DNA from: Pachysolen tannophilus NRRL Y-2460
Taxonomy: Eukaryota
Direction: 5' to 3'
DNA: 64,000 nucleotides
Assembly: GCA_001661245.1 (NCBI GenBank)
Contig: KV454011.1
Coordinates: 1,390,724-1,454,723 of the forward strand
In this document: in pieces, positions 56,125 through 64,000 of the stretch
Position numbering within the stretch: position 1 is the stretch's first letter
Layout: every line of letters begins with the position of its first letter
Translations under genes and position numbers: made by a program
Notes under the pieces: model-generated
Seen by the model: only the letters and a program-made list of their open reading frames with translations
Database searches by the model: none
Told to the model about the DNA's origin: nothing

Positions 56125-59100
56125 ATGGATGCAAGCACTTTATCTGGAAATAATGATTCATTCAAACTACAGATCTTAGGATACGACTCATACCAATTCT
56201 ATCCTTCGTTGTTGGATAGAACGAGTTCAAGCATCTCCACCTTGAAGAAGCATCACTATCAAACCAAATCATCTTTCAATCAAGTTCCAGTTATAAGAGT
56301 ATTTGGAAAGTTAACTACAGGTCACTCGATTCTTTTAAACGTTCATAATGTTCTTCCTTATTTCTTTATTGAGTATAAGGGAGAATTATCAGAATCTTGT
56401 ATCAAACAGACATTAACTGATTTAAAATTACAATTAGAGAAAGCTTTATATTTTTCTTTTAAGAAAGGAAGAAAGAAACCGGGAAAGAACAATAGACCTA
56501 TTGATGACGATCATGGAGATATAGAAGAGTTTGATGATCAAATTTTCAACGACTATACAAATGAAGAAGGTGATGACGTTTCAAGTTATAGAGACAGGTA
56601 CATTGCATCTTTACAGTTGATAAAATCGATACCTTTTTATGGGTATCATATTGGATATAGACCATTTATTAAGATAAATTTATTGAATCCATTGTACTTG
56701 AGAAGATTATCCAATTTGTTATCAGAGGGAAAAGTGAATGATAAAGTTATTCAACCATATGAGTCTCATGTTCCTTATTTATTACAATTTTTAACTGATT
56801 ATAATTTATTTGGTTGTGATTGGCTTTATTTAGATGAATGGTTATGGAGGAGCCCAATAATAAATAACAACAGTAATAATTTAGATATTGATGATGATCG
56901 ATTGATTATTGATCAAGAAGAAACTGAGTTGTTTAACAAACTTAAGCTCACAGACGATTTAAAAGCTTTCTTGAAAAATAATATTAAGAAAAACAAGTTT
57001 GATGATAATTTAAACATTTTATCAGAAGATCAATTTTCAAGAATTGGTAATACTTTTTTGGAAATTGACTGTTTGCCCCAGTGGATTTCAAATAGGAAAA
57101 AAATAACAACTAGGGATTTGCATCAAGACTTTATCGAGTTATTTAATAATTTAAATAATAGCAATAGCAAGTTTCGAATTGATAAAACTAAATATTTAAA
57201 TTCGACTAAAGATATTTTGAAAGATATTTTACATCAACGGAAATTGAAGAATCTAGATGATTCACAAGTTTATTTGAATAAGTTTTCTTTAACCCAAGAT
57301 TCTGAAGAAAGGATTTATGATGGACACACAAATTGGATAGAGCAAGATGAATTGGAGGATTTACTCAAACATTGCATAGATTTATCCAAAGAAGAATGGG
57401 AAAGATTAAATGCGCTGAAAAATGTTCAAAACGATGTCAAATTAGAAGGATTTCATAGGAATCCCAAAATCTTTGATAATATACCAACTGCATTTCAATG
57501 TATTGAAAACGAATTGTATGACAATATTATATGGGATGACTTCAAATTTATTAATCAAGTTAATAGCAACGACGATGACATACTCCATATAAACAGCTCG
57601 GTGATTTCTGATAATCATACTAATGGCGATAGCGATAAAAGTAATAGCGATAGTAGCCTGAAGTCACTGATGAAAGTTTCAATTCTTGATAATAACAACG
57701 ATTTTATTTCATCTGGTGAAGAAGAGGAAGAAACCGATGAAAATTTAGACTACGGAGATGATGATAATTGGATGGGGACGGTGCCACCTCATAAATCGCA
57801 AATATTCTTGGACGATGAAGAGGTAGACGAATATGATGATGATAAAGACGATAAAGATAATAAGGTTGATAAAGACGGAAATGGAAATAACACATCGACT
57901 CGATTGGGAGATTCTACTTTTGAGGAAATTGAAAAGAATTTTTTTGGTCAAAATGAGAAAAGTACGAAGATGCTGTCAAATATCTTGAAATCCAGCTCAA
58001 GAATCTCTCTATCTTCTGATCCTTTAGATCAAAGCATTCATAATGATTCAGAAATAGCTTTGCCCGAAAATAATATCTTTAAAAATTTCTCTTTACAGGA
58101 ATCAGATATAACTGGCAATAGTGATAGATTTACGGATAAAGCTGATGAAACATCGATTTTGGTTGAATCAGGTTTGAAGTTACCTAAGAACTCTGAAAGT
58201 GCCAAATGGTTTGAGTTTCAGACTGGTTATGAATTACCTTCCTTGACATGTGCCAATATTTCCATGGAAGAAAATTTCCTAAATTCATTGGAAAAAGACT
58301 TCAAAATACCCAAAATTGAATATGACGATCCATTTTATTCTGATAGAGGAGATTTACCTCCCAAACCGTTTATATTTGCAGGCAAAAAGTTTGTACTTCA
58401 AGCGAAACATGTTGATTATTTGCCAAAAGTTGAAGATGGTGGAATTCCAATTAGCTATTTAATCAAAGAATTTATGATCAATAAAACCAATAGAAAAGCT
58501 ACAAAAGTAAAAGCACTGAAAACAGCGACATTTTGTTATCTTCCTGAGATGCCTTCAATAGAGGAAGTTTCAAAATGGAGTAAGGTTAATAGTATTGAAA
58601 ATGATACCAAGCAAAGAAAATCAGTATTATATAAATCACAGGTTGAACAGCGTACACAATCATTAGAATATGGATTTAAGTATCCGTCAATTAAATTAAA
58701 ATATCAAAGGAAACCAAATAATTTGGGTAAATTAATTTGCTTTGCGGTAGAATTACATATAAATACAAGAGATGACTTGAAGCCAGATCCAAGCAAAGAT
58801 GAAATTACTGCTATTTTTTGGAAATTTGATAAAATACATTTCCCGTATGATTTGGATATAGCTGAAAACGGGATATTGATATTAAACACTGATTTGCGTA
58901 ATGAAGAACAAGAATTAAGTTTTAGTAAAAAATTGAATAATACTAGCAATACCCCAATAGCTATATTCAATGATGAGGTATCAATGGTAAAAGAATTAAT
59001 TTCATTGGTAAAGCTAATTGATCCTGATATATTGGCAGGATTTGAAATCCATTCATTATCTTGGGGATACATAATAGAACGATTTAGAAAAATATATTTG

Positions 59101-61338
59101 GTTGATATTTGTGCCATGCTATCAAGAGTCAACTATAAATATAACAATAAGGTAAATGATAGATGGGGATATAACCATGCTTCTGGTATAAAAATCTCAG
59201 GAAGACACATGCTAAATATTTGGAGAGGTTTGAGACATGAAATAAATTTATTGAAATATTCCATTGAAAACATCTGCTATCATACTTTGCATAGACGAAT
59301 ACCACATTATCCAGAAAAGCAACTAACTGAATGGTTCAGAAGTGGTATACCAAATCAAATCTCGATTGTTTTAAATTATTACACACAGCGACTTTCGTTG
59401 GATTTAGAGATTATTGAAAATCAAGAAATGATAACTAAAACAGTTGAGCAATCACGACTAATAGGAATTGATTTTTATTCAATACTATCGAGAGGCTCTC
59501 AATTCAAAGTTGAAAGTTTTTTGATAAGATTAACAAAGTCTGAAAATTTTATATTGATTTCCCCTAGTAAAAAACAAGTCTTTAAATCGGATGCCTTACA
59601 ATGCATTCCTTTGATTATGGAGCCAGAAAGTGCTTATTATAAAAGTCCATTAGTTGTATTAGATTTTCAGTCTTTATATCCAAGTATCATCATAGCTTAT
59701 AATTACTGTTATTCCACAGTTTTAGGTAGATTACGCGGCTTTGATGCAAGGAAACCACAAACTATTGGTGTAACCAAAAATAAATTACCCGCTGGATTAC
59801 TAGAGTTATTGAAGGATTATATCACAATTTCTCCAAATGGATTGATCTATGTCAATGAAACTGTTAGGAAATCTTCATTAGCAAAAATGTTGACTGAAAT
59901 CTTAGAGACCAGAATTTTGGTTAAAGATACGATGAAGATTGCCGATGACGACTATGAGTTGAAAAAGTTGTACAATAGCAGACAGTTAGCCTTGAAGTTA
60001 ATTGCCAATGTAACTTATGGCTATACCTCCGCAACATTTTCAGGCAGGATGCCTTGTGCTGATATTGCAGATAGTATAGTATCAACGGCCAGGGAAACGT
60101 TGAATAATTCCATCAAGGAAATTGCGGGAAACAAGGATTGGGGAGCACAAGTGGTTTACGGTGATACTGATTCTTTATTTATATATCTTCCAGGAAAAAC
60201 AAGACAAGATGCTTTTAGAATTGGTAATGAGATGGCAGACTTTATAACTTCAAAAAATCCTAAACCAATAAAATTGAAATTTGAAAAAGTATACCATCCC
60301 TGTTTATTGGTCAGTAAAAAAAGATATGTCGGCTACAGCTATGAAAATGAAAATCAATTAGTTCCAAAGTTTGATGCAAAAGGAATCGAAACTGTAAGAA
60401 GAGATGGTATACCAGCTCAACAGAAAATGGTGGAGAAATCATTGAGGTTATTATTTGAGACTAATGATTTATCATTAGTTAAAAAATATGTCCAAGATCA
60501 GTTTGTCAAAATCATGAACAATAAAATATCTATTCAGGATCTTTGTTTTGCAAAGGAAATCAAAGTTGGTACTTATAAAGATGAGAGATATATACCAGCT
60601 GGAGCAAACTTGTACCAAAAGTTAATGGAGGTGGATTCACGACTGGAACCACAATATGCAGAGAGATTGCCGTATGTAGTATTAAAATCATACAAAGGTA
60701 AAAACTTACGAGATAGATGTGTCACACCTTTGTATTTTATTGAGAATGAGATCAAGGAAAATTTACAGTTGGACCATGAATACTATATTACAAAGACGTT
60801 GATTCCACCTTTAGAAAGAATTTTCAATTTAATCGGTGCCGATGTCAAACAATGGTATAGAGAGTTACCAAAAATTATAAGATTTGATTTCAATAATAAT
60901 ATTCTAAATGGCAATAAGAGAAGGAGAGCGTCACAAATGAATAACAATAATGGGATACATTATTTTATCAAATCAATGAATTGTTTGTCTTGCTTTAAGA
61001 ATATTTCAAACAACAAAATGCTATGCGAGGAATGTATTAAAGATGAGCTCTCAACAATTTTGAAATTGAATAAAGAAGTTTCAAATACCGAGAGAACATT
61101 TGCAAATATTTTAATGATTTGTAGATCTTGTTCTTCAAGTTTTGGTGCGGATGGTGATACCAGTAATATCTATACGAACGGGAATCGTAAGAAAAGATTA
61201 ATTTCAGATGATTTAGAAAGTGGGTGTAAATGTAATAGTGATGACTGTCAATTGTACTATTCAAGAATTAAGTTAGAAAAACGATTAAACAAGGTTTACG
61301 GTATAAAAGATGTTATTATGGATGAATTGGATTGGTAA
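56125..61338 (+). CDS. REV3: DNA polymerase zeta catalytic subunit
   Basis: SRGSQFKVES, LDFQSLYPS, KLIANVTYGYT, YGDTDS, GIETVRRD and C-terminal Cys clusters. Confidence 0.98.
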   Translation: MDASTLSGNNDSFKLQILGYDSYQFYPSLLDRTSSSISTLKKHHYQTKSSFNQVPVIRVFGKLTTGHSILLNVHNVLPYFFIEYKGELSESCIKQTLTDLKLQLEKALYFSFKKGRKKPGKNNRPIDDDHGDIEEFDDQIFNDYTNEEGDDVSSYRDRYIASLQLIKSIPFYGYHIGYRPFIKINLLNPLYLRRLSNLLSEGKVNDKVIQPYESHVPYLLQFLTDYNLFGCDWLYLDEWLWRSPIINNNSNNLDIDDDRLIIDQEETELFNKLKLTDDLKAFLKNNIKKNKFDDNLNILSEDQFSRIGNTFLEIDCLPQWISNRKKITTRDLHQDFIELFNNLNNSNSKFRIDKTKYLNSTKDILKDILHQRKLKNLDDSQVYLNKFSLTQDSEERIYDGHTNWIEQDELEDLLKHCIDLSKEEWERLNALKNVQNDVKLEGFHRNPKIFDNIPTAFQCIENELYDNIIWDDFKFINQVNSNDDDILHINSSVISDNHTNGDSDKSNSDSSLKSLMKVSILDNNNDFISSGEEEEETDENLDYGDDDNWMGTVPPHKSQIFLDDEEVDEYDDDKDDKDNKVDKDGNGNNTSTRLGDSTFEEIEKNFFGQNEKSTKMLSNILKSSSRISLSSDPLDQSIHNDSEIALPENNIFKNFSLQESDITGNSDRFTDKADETSILVESGLKLPKNSESAKWFEFQTGYELPSLTCANISMEENFLNSLEKDFKIPKIEYDDPFYSDRGDLPPKPFIFAGKKFVLQAKHVDYLPKVEDGGIPISYLIKEFMINKTNRKATKVKALKTATFCYLPEMPSIEEVSKWSKVNSIENDTKQRKSVLYKSQVEQRTQSLEYGFKYPSIKLKYQRKPNNLGKLICFAVELHINTRDDLKPDPSKDEITAIFWKFDKIHFPYDLDIAENGILILNTDLRNEEQELSFSKKLNNTSNTPIAIFNDEVSMVKELISLVKLIDPDILAGFEIHSLSWGYIIERFRKIYLVDICAMLSRVNYKYNNKVNDRWGYNHASGIKISGRHMLNIWRGLRHEINLLKYSIENICYHTLHRRIPHYPEKQLTEWFRSGIPNQISIVLNYYTQRLSLDLEIIENQEMITKTVEQSRLIGIDFYSILSRGSQFKVESFLIRLTKSENFILISPSKKQVFKSDALQCIPLIMEPESAYYKSPLVVLDFQSLYPSIIIAYNYCYSTVLGRLRGFDARKPQTIGVTKNKLPAGLLELLKDYITISPNGLIYVNETVRKSSLAKMLTEILETRILVKDTMKIADDDYELKKLYNSRQLALKLIANVTYGYTSATFSGRMPCADIADSIVSTARETLNNSIKEIAGNKDWGAQVVYGDTDSLFIYLPGKTRQDAFRIGNEMADFITSKNPKPIKLKFEKVYHPCLLVSKKRYVGYSYENENQLVPKFDAKGIETVRRDGIPAQQKMVEKSLRLLFETNDLSLVKKYVQDQFVKIMNNKISIQDLCFAKEIKVGTYKDERYIPAGANLYQKLMEVDSRLEPQYAERLPYVVLKSYKGKNLRDRCVTPLYFIENEIKENLQLDHEYYITKTLIPPLERIFNLIGADVKQWYRELPKIIRFDFNNNILNGNKRRRASQMNNNNGIHYFIKSMNCLSCFKNISNNKMLCEECIKDELSTILKLNKEVSNTERTFANILMICRSCSSSFGADGDTSNIYTNGNRKKRLISDDLESGCKCNSDDCQLYYSRIKLEKRLNKVYGIKDVIMDELDW

Positions 61339-61483
61339 AAGTGTAAAAGTAGTTAAGTTGTATATTATTTATTTTACAGGTTTAATTTAATATTTATTAG
61401 GACATTTTTTTTTAATAATGGATGCTATTTTATTTACATATATATAAAATTTTTTTTTAAACCGCTAAATATTTCTTATTAAA

Positions 61484-63310
61484 TTATGATCCCAACCTAT
61501 CCGACATTTTTTCCAAAGATTGAACTTCCATTTTCAACTCCAAATCATTTAAATCCTCCACTTGTCTTTTCAATTTATTTAAAATCAAATTGCAATTTAC
61601 AAAATTTTTTCTATCATTATCAGTTATAAGATAATATCTGATAATTAAGACCAACCTTCTTGATTCCCAAATTTTGAATAATGCATTATTGTTATTCAAA
61701 ACTTTACTTTCCAATGAATTTATTATCTTGAAGCTTTTTTCATAATTTTTTTTATAAAATTCCAAATAAGATTTTCTAATCATAATAGAAACTTCTTCAA
61801 AAATATTATGCTTTAAACTACATAAATCTAAAGCGATATCAAGATATACTTCACTTAATGGTAGTTCTCCTAATCTTAACCAAAGGGAACTTTGTAATTG
61901 ACAATTTTTGATAAAAGTGGTTAAAAATTCATCACTTTCATTATTTGAAATAGACATGTTACCGTAGTTTAATGATAAATAATTTGAAAGAAGTAAATTT
62001 TCTAAAATTTTATTTAAATCATCACCATCAACAATTTGTTGAAACAGTTTAAATTGATAATAAATAGATTGTAATTGGTAGTTTTTATGTTCTTTTGTTT
62101 TAATTTTTAAAAAATTCAATATTTTGATATTATCAGAATAATCACCTTCAAAATCCATTGAATTACTACTGTTATCAGTGTTTGTACTATTCAGCAATGA
62201 TAAATGTGGTTTATCTTTTATGAAATTGAAAACCCAAGTTAATAAATAATTTAAACAATTTAAATCTTTATTTTCTCTTGCAACTAATATTGCTTCTTCA
62301 ATAGATCTAATTGCTTCTTCATCTGAACCAAATGAGGCATGTAGTGTTGCTAAACTTAGTAATGCATAATGGTATAATATTTTTTGTTTGTTGCTCATCA
62401 TATAATCAAAGTAACGGTGTAAATTTTCAAAAGATGCTTCATAATCACCATTTTTTAAGCATTCTAAATATTTGATATAATATATTGAAGGTAAAGTTCC
62501 ACTTTCCAATTGAGTCATTAAGCTTAAAATTTTAGTTAAATTTGGTGGTGTTGGAGTTCCATATGCTTCCAAAAGGTGAATTTGATAATCTAATAAATTT
62601 GATAAATCAATTTGAGATATTATTAATAAATCTGGTTTATATTGTTGATTTGGTAAAGTAGATAATATTAATTTTTCAATTTTATTGTCATATGATTGAG
62701 ATTCTAAAATTCTTTCTGTAAAATTTTTATTACAATTCAATCTATATTCTTTAAATGATTTCCATAAATACATTGTTTTATCAAATTCTAAATATTCAAA
62801 ACTTATTATAATATTGTTAACAAATTTTCCTAAAAAACTTGATTTTGTTAAAATCTTACTATTTTTATTTGATGATAAATATAATTTTTTCCTATTTCTT
62901 GAATTATCTTCAATTAATAATGATTTTGATTTAGTTATAAATTCATGTAAATCATCCAAATTTTCAATCGACCATAATGAATTTAATAAGACAGATTCAA
63001 TTAATTCAATATCTTTTAAAATCAAATCTTTTGATAACTTCAATTTATAAATTGAATGTTGTTTTATAGCATTTGAAAGATGTAATAATAAATCATCCAA
63101 AGTAGGTAAAATAATCACCCTATTACTATCCCCATTATCCTGTTGATCTTTACTAGAAACAAGATTAATGAATTCAACTATAGTTGCTAGTAAAGGTGGG
63201 TTTTGTCTTGAAGGTAACAAGACTGCACAGTACGCAGCTATTAACGAAAGTAATGATAACTTTGATGGCGATAAAGCTGGTGTTAATATAAGCTTAGTTT
63301 CCAGCGACAT
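61484..63310 (-). CDS. APC5: Anaphase-promoting complex subunit 5
   Basis: LSPSKLSLL, SFLGKF, ENLHRYFDY...YHYALLSLATLHASFG...EEAILVARENKD; ATG at 63310. Confidence 0.9.
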   Translation of the reverse strand: MSLETKLILTPALSPSKLSLLSLIAAYCAVLLPSRQNPPLLATIVEFINLVSSKDQQDNGDSNRVIILPTLDDLLLHLSNAIKQHSIYKLKLSKDLILKDIELIESVLLNSLWSIENLDDLHEFITKSKSLLIEDNSRNRKKLYLSSNKNSKILTKSSFLGKFVNNIIISFEYLEFDKTMYLWKSFKEYRLNCNKNFTERILESQSYDNKIEKLILSTLPNQQYKPDLLIISQIDLSNLLDYQIHLLEAYGTPTPPNLTKILSLMTQLESGTLPSIYYIKYLECLKNGDYEASFENLHRYFDYMMSNKQKILYHYALLSLATLHASFGSDEEAIRSIEEAILVARENKDLNCLNYLLTWVFNFIKDKPHLSLLNSTNTDNSSNSMDFEGDYSDNIKILNFLKIKTKEHKNYQLQSIYYQFKLFQQIVDGDDLNKILENLLLSNYLSLNYGNMSISNNESDEFLTTFIKNCQLQSSLWLRLGELPLSEVYLDIALDLCSLKHNIFEEVSIMIRKSYLEFYKKNYEKSFKIINSLESKVLNNNNALFKIWESRRLVLIIRYYLITDNDRKNFVNCNLILNKLKRQVEDLNDLELKMEVQSLEKMSDRLGS

Positions 63311-63799
63311 TTCCAAATCAACCTTAGATTTAAACTTAAACCATAGACCCAGACCCAGACCTAGATCCTTTATCTTTATCTTTATCTTTATATATCAACC
63401 TTTATAATCCTTTCCATCAGCGGTTAAATCTTTCTCTTTGTTTACAATTTGATTTTAAGTCGTCAAATTGTACATCATATCGATTGATATCTGAATACAC
63501 TACCAAAAACAACAGCTAAACAGAAAGTTACTTGAACAAGAGTTGAAATTTACAACAAGTATTCATGTCAACGGTAATGTTTTTTTATATATTGAAGATG
63601 ATCTTATTTCTACTGAAGGAAAACCACAAAAAGAAGAAGCTGGAGAGTTTATGTTATATGTGAGTGTTGTAAGATACAACACGAGTAGAGTGCTACATAT
63701 AAATAGTTTGAAAAAAAAAAAAAAGAAACATTTCCATATCATTATCTCTATTTGTAATGTCACATATGAAATCCTTTGATTGATTATCTTTAAAAGAAA

Positions 63800-64000
63800 T
63801 CATAATCCCAATTCTTTATTTTTATCAATTGCATCCATCTCTGATAAGATTTGACTTGCTGCTACAAGTTGAATGATATTAGTAAATTGTTTGAAAAACC
63901 ATAAGGGGAAACTTATTAGGGATAAAATTTGTGGGAAAGTTAATCCAAAAACTAAAGGTTTAAAATCAAAATGTGATAAATAAAGTGCAACAAAGAAAAT
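63800..64000 (-). CDS. PIS1: Phosphatidylinositol synthase, 3' part only (gene runs off the window)
   Basis: Manual translation gives IFFVALYLSHF...FPLWFFKQFTNIIQLVAASQILSEMD...*, similar to the Pis1 C-terminus. Confidence 0.75.
   Translation of the reverse strand: MFFVALYLSHFDFKPLVFGLTFPQILSLISFPLWFFKQFTNIIQLVAASQILSEMDAIDKNKELGL

Noticed and set aside
63543..63779. Short ORFs between APC5 and PIS1
   Set aside because: Mostly non-ATG or low-complexity frames in the PIS1 3' UTR and APC5 promoter, with no recognisable product.

Overview
AT-rich, gene-dense chromosomal segment of a budding yeast (Saccharomycotina). It holds about 32 protein genes, one tRNA-Glu(CUC) and a 318-N assembly gap; no mobile elements or CRISPR arrays were seen. 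In-frame CTG codons fall at positions that are Ala in homologues (Rev3, Orm1, class-III aminotransferase, probably Zpr1), which points to the CUG-Ala code (Pachysolen/Nakazawaea-like), so the supplied translations probably mis-read CTG. Genes in order: HAC1, class-III aminotransferase, complex I ESSS subunit, ORM1, a CDK-site-rich unknown, RPL13-RPS16-RPP1, MFS sugar/polyol transporter, SEC9, VAM6, BLS1-like, Hap4/HapX-like regulator, HSK3, MRPL31, SPC24, CMC1, a small unknown, lipase, RRT8/LDS-like, GSH2, ZPR1, CCH1, homocitrate synthase, SNF2-family ATPase, SNRNP40-like WD40, INH1, PPR protein, REV3, APC5 and partial PIS1. Six spliceosomal introns are missed by the ORF track. Main observations: (1) a complete Ire1-spliced HAC1 whose 213-nt intron folds into a ~53-bp rod capped by an AGUU (Rnt1-type) tetraloop that buries the unspliced stop codon; (2) a 169-bp inversion that puts the true RPL13 C-terminus on the opposite strand; (3) an unexplained ~360-nt G-U-rich structured segment between GSH2 and ZPR1; (4) an 18-bp motif shared by ribosomal-protein promoters. 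All RNA pairings were found by eye and homology calls are from recall, not from computed searches.
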